The notes under the pieces: generated by a model | Told to the model about the DNA's origin: nothing | Database searches by the model: none | The model's input: only the letters and a program-made list of their open reading frames with translations | DNA from: Nageia nagi | Lineage: Eukaryota > Plantae > Pinophyta | Assembly (NCBI GenBank): GCA_050084985.1 | Contig: JBITNC010000002.1 | Location: 26,102,001-26,166,000 of the forward strand | Direction: 5' to 3' | DNA: 64,000 nucleotides | Program-made: the position numbers and the translations under genes | Shown here: positions 11,783-24,869 of the stretch, in pieces | Layout of the letters: every line of letters starts with the position of its first letter | Position numbering within the stretch: the first letter of the stretch is position 1

Positions 11783-14700
11783 TTAGTAAAGACACTTGCA
11801 ATTTGCTCCTTCATGGAAATATAGTGGAGCTGAATGTTGTGCAATGAAAATATGGTCACAAATGAAGTGCAATTGTATGTCAATGTGTTTGGTGCGCTCA
11901 TGGAAAATAGGATTACAAACCATGTTCAATACACTTTGATTGTTACAGTGCAAAATTGTAGGCTGTTTTTGTGGAATTCCAACGTTTGTCAAAATGCGAC
12001 GTAACCATATTGCTTCACAAATAACATCAACTGCAGCACAATAAGATTTTGATTTTATGCTCTGCTTCTTGCTACCCCATGAAATCGGTTCAGGTCCAAG
12101 GAAGAACACATATCATGTTGTTGATGTCCTATCATCCAAGGATCCTCCATAATTTGCATCTGTTTATCTTGTCAAGACGAACTTATCATTCTTCTTGTCC
12201 TCTAGGCCATAACTATTAGTGCAACAAATGTGTCTAAGAACATTCTTTGTCGTGGTCTAGTGGGTATTCTTTGGTTTCTGTATAAATCACGAAAGATAGC
12301 TAATGACATAGCAAATATCTACCCTGCTGTATACATGGTAAATTAACCCTCCAATCAACTGTAATAAAGAGTTGCATTAACAATTGGAGAACTATAATGG
12401 CATGACAAATGAAAACGAGGTTCAATTGGCATCGACATCAATTGACACTCTTATCATCCAAAATTTCTCCAATAAACTCTTGCTGTACTTCATTTGTGAA
12501 ATAAATATCTGATCTTGCATTTGCCAAACATCAAATCCAAGAAAATAATGAAGTAAACCAAGATTGGTCATGTCGAATGATCTTTTGAGCTCATCTTTGC
12601 AAGATGTGATAAACTCCTTAGTACTGCCTATGATAACCAGATCATCGACATATACTATATTGATGACAATCTCCCCGCCCCCCTCCCCCCATGTTGTTGA
12701 AGGTAGAGGTTAGGATCATATGGACTTCTATTGAAGCCATGTTGTAGTAAGTGTTCATCAATTTTGATGTACTAGGCTCTTGGAACCTATTTCAAGTCTT
12801 ACAGAGACTTGATCTGTCTACACACTTTTCCTTTTCCTAGATCAATCACAAACCCTTCATGTTGCTGCATGTAGATCTTTTCCTCTAAGTCGCCGTTTAG
12901 AAAGACGCTCTTTACATCCATTTGATGAACTTTCTAGCCAAATTGTGGAGCCATTGCAAAAGCAATTATGATGGTCTTCATCTTGGTTGTGTGAGCAAAT
13001 GTCTCCTCATAGTCAATGCCTTCCTCTTGTGCATATCCTCTGGCAACCAATTGGGCCTTGTACTTATTGAGTGTTCCATCAACCTTGTACTTTGTTTTGA
13101 ACACCCATTTGCAACCAATGACCTTTTCAAGTGGAAGTTTTACCAACTTCCATGTGCTATTTTTCATTAATGCATCATACTTATCTTGCATGGTTGACTT
13201 CCAATGCAATAACTCGATGGCTTCATGAATCGTTTCAAGTTCAAACGTATTCACCACTGTGTGCACCAATGCCAAGTTCACTTCCTCACGAGCCATGCTT
13301 GGTGTCCTTGGTCTGGACGTGGAACTGTCTAGTGGAGCACTTAAGTGTGAATCTTGCAGTGTCTTTTGGTACTACTATGGTCTCTTGAAGTTATCAAGTG
13401 GCAAGTTCACAATTGGAACTTCTCTCATATTATCCTCATCATCATGATTGATTATGGGACCATTGTCAAGTTCAAGTGGTATTACAAGTGGATAGGTGGA
13501 TTTTCTACTGTACCCGAGAAGAATGCACTTCATGTATTTGTCATCCAACTTCTTTGTTTGTTCTTTGAGAATGTGCATGTAGGCAAAGCAACCAAATACT
13601 CGAAGATGAGAGATAGATAGTTTTACTCATGTCCATGCTTCTTCAAGGGTCATCCCCTCAAGAGCTTTTGTAGGTGCTTTATTAAGCAAATATACTATAA
13701 TGTTTACCCTTCAACCCAAAACGCTCCATTCATATTTACATCTTTCATTATACTTCTCGTCATTTCAACTATGGTCCGATTTCTCCTTTCACAAACTCCA
13801 TTTTATCGTGGTGTAAGGTGTGGTTAACTGTCAACAAATTCCATGCTGCTTCAAAAATGTAGAAAACTCATTTGATAGGAATTCTCCTCCTTGATCTAAG
13901 CGGAGGAGATGGATACAATGACTTGTGGCATTTTCTGCACAAGCTTTGAACTTCTTGAAAAAAATGAAAGGTTTCATCCTTTGTCTTTAAGAGATACACC
14001 CACATCTTTCTAGAAAAGTCATCAACAAATAGCAAGAAGTATTTGAAACCAATGTGACTAGCTCTCATGGGTTCGCACAATCGGTGTGAATCACATCAAG
14101 AGGTCCTATAGCACGATGTGTGCTAGCCTCTAATGGAATTCTATGTTGTTTCCCTACTATACAAGTAGAACAAACATTAGTAGGAGAAGCAAGAGACAGG
14201 AGACCACGTACCATATTTCTCTTTTGTAGAGTGATTGATAATTTGGTTTCATGCATCTGAATCGTCAATGCCATAAAGTGGTAACATCCAGAACACGAAC
14301 ATTGAGTGTCTGATTGTTGGAAGTTACAACATCAAGAAGAAACATATTCCTCAATTTGACAATCATTGGATTTGTCTTGAATGAAACGACACTTCTCACC
14401 TTTCACAGTATCATACTCCATCTTCATATTGTTATTCAACATTTGATTGACGGACAAGAGGTTCTTTGTGAGAACTAACACATACAAGACCTCCTTTATT
14501 TGATAGTTGATCGATCTTTCCAAGACGGACTTGAACATTGCCTTTGCATGGGGTGTGTCATCGCCCAAATGTTCTTGACTAGGATATGATTTTTCACCCA
14601 AAGAAAAAAAACCAATCCTTTCGGCCAATCATGTGCTTGGAAGCACTTGAATCAACATACTAAGTGGGTGTAAGTGATGTTTTTTCTTGATGAGTAAATG

Positions 14701-15639
14701 CAAAATTTTGATGGTTCTCCTCTTCTTCTGGAGCATCATTAGCATCATTGTCTTGTTGTTGTTTTCATGGTGGTGGCCTTCTTTGATTCTATTCCACTTG
14801 ATTCCTAGGATTTGGTCCTTTCTGAGTTTGATTGTTATTGCTCGAAGATATTTGAGCAAAAGAATTGTACCAACAATCTTGCAATTGATGCCCTTTCTTT
14901 CCACAAATCATAGAACTCTTCTTTTGTCCATCATTAGATTGAGAGAATTTTTTTCCTTTGCCTTTTTGTTGGAAAGTCTTCTTGCCTCTTTGATTGGATA
15001 TCATGGGTTGTTCCTCATCATGGGAAGTCGCATGTTAAGTATCTTCTTGTTGCAACATATTTACTAACTCTTCAAAGTAAGGTGTTTGCTTCAAGATATT
15101 CAATGTTGTCACAAAGGTATGGTATGTCTCCGACAGTGCTCTTAGGACAATGGGTACAAGGAGCTTATCTTCCATCATCTCTCTTAATGCCAATAGGGAG
15201 GTGCAAAGGTTCGCAACTCTGCGAAGAAAGGACTCAAGTTTTTCAACATCTTTCAGTTTCAAGGTGTGTAACTATTCCTGCAAATGTAGAATCTGATTTT
15301 GATTCTTGGATGCAAACACTTGTTGCAATTTCTTTCATGCTTCGACAACACATTTGGAATCTTGCACATGGGGTTGAACATCATTTGAAATGCCAAGTAA
15401 GATATCATTCAATATTTTCTGCTTCTTTGATTAAATTTAGTTTGGTCATCATCAAATGTCGTTGAACAAGTCTCCTTTCCATAGACAATCTCCCATAATT
15501 CTTCAAAATCCAAGATTGCTTGTATCTTGGCCTTCCAAACAACATAATTGTTACCCTTCAAAACTTGTGAATCAAATAGCAAAATTTTAGGGGTGGGCAA
15601 GGCCATGTCTGTCTCTGTAAGTTTTGGACTTGTCTTCAA
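11783..15639 (-). pseudogene. Copia gag-pol pseudogene
   Basis: Gag NYVVWKAKIQAIL; zinc knuckle ICGKKGHQLQDC; GAG-pre-integrase CSTCIVGKQHR; INT YFLLFVDDFSRKMWVY; RT IGCKWVFKTK...GIDYEETFA; RH ISWGSKKQ...FHERTKHID. Many stops and frameshifts. Confidence 0.93.
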
Positions 15640-17270
15640 TCATTAGGTTTCAAATAGATCTAACTTCGAGATCTTTGATCTGCAAGATATTAAATGAGTT
15701 AGGCTTAAAAATTATTTTAGATACCTTCAATTTTAATCAAATCCATAAAAGAAATTTAGCAAATGACAAAATAGATTGTTTTAATGGAGATTTGCACTCA
15801 TGACCTCTTCACAAGCTTGATACTTTGCCAACACACCATGTGCTTCAGCTTGAGGAGTTATGGGTTTCTTTGCTTTTCTTGGTAAGTTTATGAAATACTC
15901 TTCAAATTTTTATGAAATTTATAATGTATTAACTTCAAAAAAAACTGAGTTGGACGACTTTCTTCATGTATTGTTGGGCAAGTATATTATGTTTTTGTCT
16001 ATTTTTTTTTTAAACTTCAACTTCATGGCTAAACACATGAATTTGTGCAATTATTTAATGATTAGCCTATAGACTTTGGGCAAATAAATTATTTGCTAGA
16101 AAATGTTGCATTCCTTCCTCTTGGTTTTTAGCTTCTGGATTGAGCGTGATTGTTGACTATTGGTTGGGTGCATGAGGTTGTCAAAGGCTTTGATAAAACA
16201 AACCAAATGCTAGAAAAAGCTTTGTTCCATTCCATTTGCACTCAAACATATTTGGTATCAATTGGGGAGTACACGTTGGGCATATGCTTATGTAGAGCAA
16301 GGAGGTAGCATGGAGTGGTGTGCACATGGGAGGGAGGAGGTTGCATGGATCTTTTCTTTTACCGCATGCCAAAGACTTTGTTGTGTCTTCAATTGCTGGA
16401 TCATAGTAGTCAAAGACTTACTAAATAAATCATTTACTAGATAGTGTTGCATTCCATTTCACAACAAAAAAACTAGGTTTCACGAGTGAGAGGAGTATTG
16501 ACTACATAGGGAGGAGGCATGGGTGATTATGCGGGCCTCATGGGTCTTCAACTTTGTCACGCGCAAAGCACATTTTGCTTACTACAAACATAGATACACC
16601 CTCCTCTTAGCTTTTCAACAATGATGCAAGTGTCACAGGTTGTTACATATGGAGTGTGTTTGAAGCATGCTTTGCATGCTCCTAATATAGATAAACAATA
16701 CACTCAACGCTTTTCAACTTGTATTTAACTCCTGCTAGCAGGCAGAGGGAGTTGGCACAACCGTGTAGGGGTGCGCACAATGAGGAGGGTGGAGGGTGTG
16801 TTAAAACACACAATGCATAGTTTGCTTACTGCAAATGGATGGTGTGCTTAACTAGATGATGACAATAGCCAATAACTTTGTTACAATGCTTCATTTGCTA
16901 TGTAATGCTTCATTCCATTTTTGCAACAGTGATAGGATTGGGCGAAGGGTGTGGTCAAGGTGCGCACGTGGAAAGGTTGGATTGCGATAGGAGGTTTTTG
17001 GATTGTACAATGTAATGATCCAAACTAGAAAAAGCATGAATTATTATCTTAAAATTCAGATTTGCCCAAGATGCCCTAGTTATCAATTTCATTCAACAAG
17101 CCACTTCAAATTCATACAACTTCATGCATCAATATTTCATATTTAAACAATTTATGCCCTAATTTCAGATCTGAAACAAATACTGAAAATGCATGAGCTA
17201 CAAAAAATCAGAATTGAATATCAATCAACTTCATCCACCATAACAAACAAGTATGAATATCAAATGAGCA

Positions 17271-18014
17271 TGTAGGACACCCCCAAAAGTGGACAAACCA
17301 CCTAGGGGCTAAAACAAGTGTATGAAGATACTCAAAAATATGTCCTTGACTCCACTTCGAAGGTTGAAGCGTGATGCAAGATGCACCAAGATGCCTCCTA
17401 AAGCTAGGTGCTCCACTCGAAGACTCCCCAATTTGCAATATCGAATGTTGAAAGATCAATGAAGCCCTAGATGGATCTTTCAATGAATGACTTAGGGTTT
17501 TTCGTCCCTAAGCCCTCCAAAACCAAAGGGGTTTTCTTCCCAAAGGTCTCCCTTGTGGGTTTTCGTCCACAAGAGGGAAGAGAAACAAGTGCTTCAACCG
17601 CTCCTTGAAGAAGAAGAAGAATAGATGCTCGAATGATGATTTCCCAATTGGAATGCTCCATGTATAAATACACAATTGATCATCACAAAGTAACACAATT
17701 GACCTTGTCTTGGGAGAAAAAACATCATCATCATGGCCGACTTCCCTGAATGCTCTATTCTTGCTTCGAAAAGTGCAAAATACAATACAGTATGGGACAA
17801 CTCATCTTGGAGTTGTGGGATTCACATTATTACATCAAAATGACATTTGATAATGCCCCAAAATATCAAGATGTCTTCTATTTTACCATAAATCACTCCT
17901 AACTATGAAAAATCACTCCTATCTATCTTGGAAGAGGCGCTTCCCACTCCATGAAACCTAATAAATATATCGTGATGCCAAAACGAGTGAGATGCTGAAA
18001 ATGGGGACATTGCA
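17271..18014. mobile_element. Possible solo LTR nested in the copia leader
   Basis: Starts TGTAGGACACCCC, ends GGGGACATTGCA, and has an internal TATAAATA. No clean TSD found (GAGCA vs TACAA). Confidence 0.4.
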
Positions 18015-20723
18015 TACAACGGCAAGAGGGGAGCATGCAAGGACAAATCCAACTCCTATGTACTCTCTTCAACATATCTTCACCTTTAAAAACAAAAATA
18101 GTTTCTCACAACATGAATCTATCATACACGCATTTCTTCAAAGATAGATTAAATTTGTCTTCAGGTAGGTCTGACTTTTACACGAGTTTCTTAATCTCCC
18201 TTCACAAGGCAAGATCAAGTCCTCCCCTCACAAGGTAAGCATTGGATGCTTGCTTTCTTCTCCTTGGTTTTTCTTCTCCAATCATCCTGAGAGCAGATTT
18301 GGAGGAAGAGAAAACCAAAGGATCAAATAGCAATCCCAAAACAGGGTAGTACAAGCTTTTTGTAACAAGGGATTCTTCAAACTAGCTCTAATACCATATT
18401 AGATTTGAGAGCACTAGCCATAATATTTCCTTAATGAAGAAAAATGAGTTTAAGTACAAGAGTGTTCTAGAGTTACATTCTCGTAGAGTAATAGTTTCAC
18501 CCTAGATACCCTAATACTTAATAAATTAAAATTAGTATTGTTTACTAATGTATTATTTAATATCTAATTTATCTAGATATCTTAAGTCTATATTCTAATC
18601 GAATGTATTATTTCTAACATTATCTAGAAAAATTTGATTTTTACGTCTTCATGTGCATTCATGCAAATAAAATAAAGTAAACCCATGAGTGGAGATAGTA
18701 TTGATACAAAATTGTGTATTTATGTTTGACCATCTTTTATAAGTTGTTCGACTTATAGGACGAAAGATTGATTCCCTACCATGGGTGTCCAACAATAATA
18801 ATTGATGTTCAATCGAAACATTGATCCAAAAACTACATTTATATCTTACTAAAGACGGGTGAAAATATCCTATTGAGGGTTCAAAATGGTTTACTTTAAA
18901 CAATTATTGGCCATCTCGATCATCTATGGTTCGATCATTTGTGTAGGTGGGTTGTGGTCATTCACTAGTTATAGTGATTATGTTCAATTGATGAGTTCAT
19001 CTATGTTGACTATTGATTATAAAAATAGACCAAGGACATAATTGATTTAACAATGGAACAAATGTGGATCTAACGGGACTGGTAAGAACATTGATTGTTT
19101 GCCCAATAGGTTGATGGATCGACCAACAAGATTATCAACAATGTTTGTTGGTGGTTAGCCAATGATGTTGGTCATTTGACAAACAAGGTCGAGTGGGCAA
19201 TGATGCCATATGTTCGAACAATGCAATTGTATATGACAAATTCAAAACAGTCAAGGTTCAAACAATTAACGATGTTGTTTGGTTGACCAATTGAGTTGTA
19301 TTTAGTTTATTGGTGTTATTCCTTGACCAATGTGGTTGTCAATAGTATGGAGTATGGACAAACATCAATGGTGTAATTTGTTTCACCAATAGGGTTTGTC
19401 AATGGTTGGATCAATCGACCAACAATCCTACATTTGTCAATGATTGGGTTGAATGGTCAATGGTGTCATCCATTTACTAACATGATAGTTGACGTTGAAT
19501 GATGAATGGTAGGGTTGATGGCTCCAAATTGTTGCTTCTAACTCCATATGATATGACCTATATGTCCTTGTTTGTCATAAGTATGCTAATCTCTTGCATT
19601 AATGATGATTTTAAGTTCGTGGTTAGCTAGAAGAAAAAGAAAACACTAGGAAACCTATAAGTGGATCCAAAGGTAATGCAAACAAGGGTGAAAAAAACAC
19701 CAAGGAAAATTGAATTTGACATAAACATGACATCCTATATTTGAAAAACTAGGGGTTTTACAATTTAGGTTTTTGAAAGATAAACAAGGTGCTAAAATCC
19801 AAAACCTGGGAATTTGGCAAAAAAGGATAAAGGAAAATAAATAGACATGTTCAACAAATTTTAAGCGCAAAGTAGAGAACATGTTTGAAAATATATACAA
19901 TTAATTATATCTAGAAATGAAAATAGACTAGCTTAGATATCTTAATTATATATCTACAAAACATCAAGAGGTATCAATCTCGAGGCGTTTATCTTAAGAT
20001 TCTTAACTACCTTTATTCATTACATAGATATTATTAAATAAACATTAAAAAATTATAAATAAAGATGTAAATATCACACATATTATTTATAATTAAAAAA
20101 AAGCTATATGACAACATTTAAATATAAAACAATACTTAAATATTAAAAAAAATTTGTGGATTAATTTCAGCCATTCATTTATACAAATGTTATAGTTGTT
20201 GATCAATTTCAACCATTGGATTATTGTTAAACAAACACTAAAGTGATAAATGAGGTCTCTACCTCCCCCTATCATTGTAGAATGCCTCTTGGCGTAATTA
20301 AGTTTAAGTCATTTTTTTAAGGATTTTTTTTTTCTGAATCCAATGAGTCCGAGTGTAGGGATTTGTCGTTGTACAGTTTAGAATTAACAGCCAAAACAGT
20401 CATGTGAGGGAGACTAGTCTTGCTTATGCTTTTTTCTCCCATACCTAAACATGAAGTCAGGATTCTCTTCTACATGCAGGGTTACCCATCATTCATTTAT
20501 TGGCACTTGGTTCATACAGTTAAAATAGTCATGCATCGCTAGATTCCTTGTTACATCTTGAGGAAGTTTGAAGGTGGACAGTAGGAGAGTAATAAAGAAC
20601 TCTTCTTTGCACCTATCAAAGATGCAAAACCTAATTTTCATGTTCTAGGAATATCTTCGCAAACATCAAAGTCTTGCTTTGGCTGTCTTTTGGTGGTTGA
20701 TGTTGTTGATGCCAATCCTTTAC

Positions 20724-20826
20724 ATGTTAGTATTGATTAGTGTTAGCGTTGAAATCCATTTGCAGCCTTTAGTTGTTTTCTCATTCTGATAATGTTAGTA
20801 TTGATTAGTGTTAGCGTTGAAATCCA
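20724..20826. repeat. Perfect 35-bp direct repeat, 2 copies
   Basis: ATGTTAGTATTGATTAGTGTTAGCGTTGAAATCCA at 20724-20758 and 20792-20826. Confidence 0.9.
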
Positions 20827-22442
20827 GGGTTTACATTCTCGGATTCACATGTTTAAACCATCCAGTTTTGATTCCATCACTTTTAAGCCCCTTCAAGGAG
20901 CATTGTAAACATCTGTACTTCTTATTACAATGACAAGTTTCCTCACTAAACTGTACTGATTGGACATGACGGTGCAGAGTTGGAGGAGGATGCTGAAATA
21001 GTGTCTGAAGTAGTCTTTATGCAGGCAAATAGATGTGAACGATAATATTTCTGTTTTCAAGTTGGAAGTTAGGGGACTTTGCCACAAGACTGAAGACGAT
21101 CATCTTTTCACACATTTAGTGTTAAGTGCAATGAAAATTATTAGTGCATCGATTTGGTAATGCTTGGTTAAAATTGGACAGGAAGAAATGAATATGGCAC
21201 GAGTATTACTTGTATATTTGGGAAATAGAGTTTGTTTATGTATTCCTTCAGAATTCCAAACGGCAAACATAGTCCAAAGGTAGTGGCAGGGTCTAACCCA
21301 TATGTGAGCTTAGTCTAAATAAATACTGAGGCATATTCATGTAATATCCCAACAATGCAGAGATTACATGTTTTGAAATTACTGTTTGGATCCCAAGTCG
21401 AAAGGAAAGAGTTCAAAAGACTAGGCTCAAGAGTCTTTGAAAATAATTACATACAGATTTTTGTGTGCTTTTTCAAATTCTATTTATAATGTTTAATCTG
21501 GTTGATGTTAATGAAACTGACATAACTTTCATTGAGTACTCTATAAAAAGAGCATTTATGCTGTAAAATTTGTTAGGTCCTATGATTTTGCATTTGTGGA
21601 GTCTATGCCAAGTCTTGTGGTGGAGTCCAACTTTGAGTCAAAATTAGGGTTGCTGAGTGTAAGATGTCTCGAGTCTCAACACTATGATCCCAATGAATGA
21701 TACACAAGGCAATATTAGATTTATACCATAATAATAAAATCATACATCTTAACAATTGTTGGCAAGCTTCAATGTTGCTAAGACTAAATACACATAAAAT
21801 TGATCTCTTTGTTGTTTACTGTTTGTGTCTCTCTTTGTTTTTTGCTAAATCATAGAACGTTCAGTGTGATTCATGAATTATCATTTACGAGTCTTGTCAC
21901 AAGAAAATAAATGAGACACCGTTAATATTAAAGGGTTTTTTTTTCATTTGTTATCATTTCAAACATGTCTACTGTTTTGTTGATTAGCTCTTCAAAACTT
22001 GTATGCAATTAATGGTCAATTCAAATGGATTTGTTAGTATGTTGAAGTGGAATTTTGAATGTAATGAATGACAAGTGATACCCTAGTATTAAAATATATT
22101 GCTTTTGAGAACTATATTGAACATAGTAGAGTCCGTAGTGGAGAAGTTTTTTTATTTAAATTGTGTGCCTTGAACATTACTATACTCCAAACAGACTTTA
22201 GAAGTTTTCATAACGATTTGAAGCAAACTGGTTGGTTTTAGGTCGATAATAGTGTTATCCAACATGTTTTGTCTCTTGATATGCAGTGGCACTTGAAAGA
22301 TGTTTTAGTTTAAAGATAGCCAATTGATTATACTTTCAGATGGTGTGGAAATAGATGGAGCTGCTTGATGACAACTGATTATTTTTGAAGGTGGTCCATT
22401 TCTATTTATAGAATGACAACAAAAGGCTATGTTTTTTTGCAG

Positions 22443-22602
22443 GTTTGTCAGCCGGGGTTTCTCTGAGTGTTCAATAAATTCAATTCCAGTTCCAAGGAGG
22501 GAAAAAATAAATCTAAACCGTGGATCTAAATACTACTTCAAAAAACTTCAACCCAGTTTTACTGGAATAACTGTTCAAAAGTCTCATGTTGATAAGACAT
22601 GA
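22443..22602 (+). CDS. NAGS: Amino-acid N-acetyltransferase (NAGS), last coding exon
   Basis: ttttttgcAG acceptor; the first G completes TGG (Trp). Translates FVSRGFSECSINSIPVPRREKINLNRGSKYYFKKLQPSFTGITVQKSHVDKT*, matching plant NAGS WFVRRGF.EC.I..IP..RR..INLSR.SKYY.KKL.P. Confidence 0.95.
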
Positions 22603-23785
22603 ACTGAAACTCTATCCATTGTATCCGTAATACTTGTGATAAGTCTTAGTTTTTGATTATTTGATTACCTTTTCGTGTGGAGTAGCGAAGGTTGACTATA
22701 GGTTTAGAAATCCAAGAGTTTACTTTCTGTATTTGGAATTCAGATGTTCAAAACAATATCGCAAGGAACTCTCAAATGAAAATATCTAAAGTTTTTGAGT
22801 TTAATTCATGCAAGCATGTAATTCAAACTGGACAATATGGTCCACGACAGTCTTTACCTTTTTGTTGTTTGTTTCACTGTACTTACACAATTTTTCAGTT
22901 TGCAAGAGTTGTCAATAGTAGTACAGAATATATAATCGAGCAATTAATATTGGCCAAAGAATTGTTAATAAAATTGTGTGCTACCATTATCAATCAGAAT
23001 TACTATTTTTTAATTTTTGATGTAACTATATACCATGAAATTGTGCAACGAGATTTTAATCAAAACGTAGAGTGATTGTTTTTACTCTCTTTTATAGTAT
23101 TTCTCTTGTTAGTAAAACTTAGATCATCTCTCGTGATCTCATTTGTATCCTTTCAATATGCATTTCTTGGTGTATTTGTGACCCTTTGTTATATTTTTCA
23201 CCACAATTAAAACAGTGTGCTTTGTCTACTTTTGTTAGTTTTGCTTCTTGTCATCGAAATAAAATTTAACTTTATTTGTTATATGAAGCGAAGGATCTTT
23301 TGAAAGGTGGTTTGTATGGCGTTCCAACTTTCTAATTTGCTGAGTGCTACTTCTAATTTTTTGGGTTAAGCATATCCACTTACTATTCTTCTTGAGCCTT
23401 TCAAGAAAAGTAGATAAGAGTGCCTTGTATTGCCATGCACATTGTTGATCAACTTAGCATAATAATGAACCTATTTATTTATGATTAAATAATTGTGATA
23501 TTTATGTACCATAAACAATTATTTCAAACCTTTGTAGGAGTCATTTATCAAATTATTCTTAGTAGATATCGTTCATATTGCTTTGACTTAAAACAAACAA
23601 TTTACCATGAATCACTTTCTAGGTATACTATGACATTAGTCTTTTAATGCCCTAATCCTAATTATTTGAATGCTTGTTTCGAATAGAATCAAATTATGTA
23701 TTTGAATGCTTGTTTTTAATAGAATCAAATTGTAAAATAAAATTGTCAAGTTTGTTTTCATTATCTTGATTTAAAAATACATGGA

Positions 23786-24400
23786 TCAAGCTAAAATTAC
23801 AAATAGTTTTATAGGTTTGTCTGATGTCTTTGAATGATGGAAAAAAAAAAAGAGAAAATGAGTTTTATCTTCTATTGCACTTAGGTTACAAAGCTTAGAA
23901 GTTTTTTTATCCCAAGGTGTTTTAGGCATTGTCCATAGATTACTAGTTTTGCTATGCAAATTGTGTGAATTAGCATTTAATTTTGCAAATGCAAGTTTCT
24001 TTATGAGATTGATAATCTTGTGTGGATAGGATGGATGTTCACATTTTTTCAAATGAGATTCCTTTCTCGGGAAATCTTAGTTAAGCGTCGCTATTGAGAG
24101 GCATCCACCTACAATCAACTTAATAGGATTTTTGATATGTTTCAACTTTTAGGAGCAAAGTTTTGAACCTTGGGCTTTTCTCATGAGAGCTTTCAACTAT
24201 CCATCTCTCCAACTCCTCCATCTGTCAATTCATGATGTTCAAATTTTGGATTAATGATGTTTTTATAGTAAGCTAGTTTTCTTTCTTTTTGATATTATCT
24301 TCATTACATAATTTTTGAGTTACTTCATTTGTAATATGTAATCTTAATATATTGCTATTTGAAGGGGTTATATTAATTCTAAACTAGTATGTGATTGCAA
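23786..24400 (-). mobile_element. Non-LTR retrotransposon (LINE) ORF2 3'-end remnant
   Basis: AKLNANSHNLHSKT..W..PKTPWDKK..KLCNLSAIEDKTHFLF resembles the LINE C-terminal Cys/His motif (SSH.L.IE.GRW...R.C..C...EDE.HFL..C). Confidence 0.65.
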
Positions 24401-24869
24401 TGGATGCATTTTATAAAGGTGAATTATGGAAGAGTATAAAATTGAGCTCCATTAAATTAATTTTTTCCTCCAAATCCTTGACATGAGAGCTTCTTATATT
24501 CAATGTATGAAATTTACTTAATTATTTGGTTTGGTTTGTTATTGGTTCACTATTTGTTTTCCATATCGTATGTTGGTTTGGCATCTTGTAAGATTTATGT
24601 ATTTTTGGGTATTCTTTGTTTGGCTTGGTTTAATTATTTGTAACAATGTAGAGATTATATGAGTTCATGTTAATGGATAATGCATTTGAATTTGTTCTTG
24701 CATTGGAGCATTAGAGATGTTTTTTTGTTTAATGAAGACATGGAGTTTAAGGCTCTCAATTCCTCTTTTCAAGTTTTGAAGCCTTTGTTTAATGTGATTG
24801 AAGCATAGACTAATGAATGGTCCTTAGGTTGCTTGTATGTAACTAATGAGATTATGCTACTTATGCATT

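Larger units (their letters stand above)
11490..18619 (-). mobile_element. Ty1/copia LTR retrotransposon (degenerate, full length) inside the last NAGS intron
   Basis: LTRs about 11490-11704 and 18397-18619. Perfect TSD TTATC (11485-11489, 18620-18624). PBS TGGTATTAGAGC (minus, 18385-18396) and PPT (11705-11712). Gag-PR-INT-RT-RH fragments in copia order. Confidence 0.95.

Noticed and set aside
15785-15860. tRNA-like B-box (GAGTGCAAATCTC, minus strand) in the copia leader
   Set aside because: No clear A-box or cloverleaf; too degenerate to call a tRNA or SINE.
22692-23075. 127-aa ORF after the NAGS stop
   Set aside because: Non-ATG start, AT-rich 3'-UTR composition and no recognisable motif.
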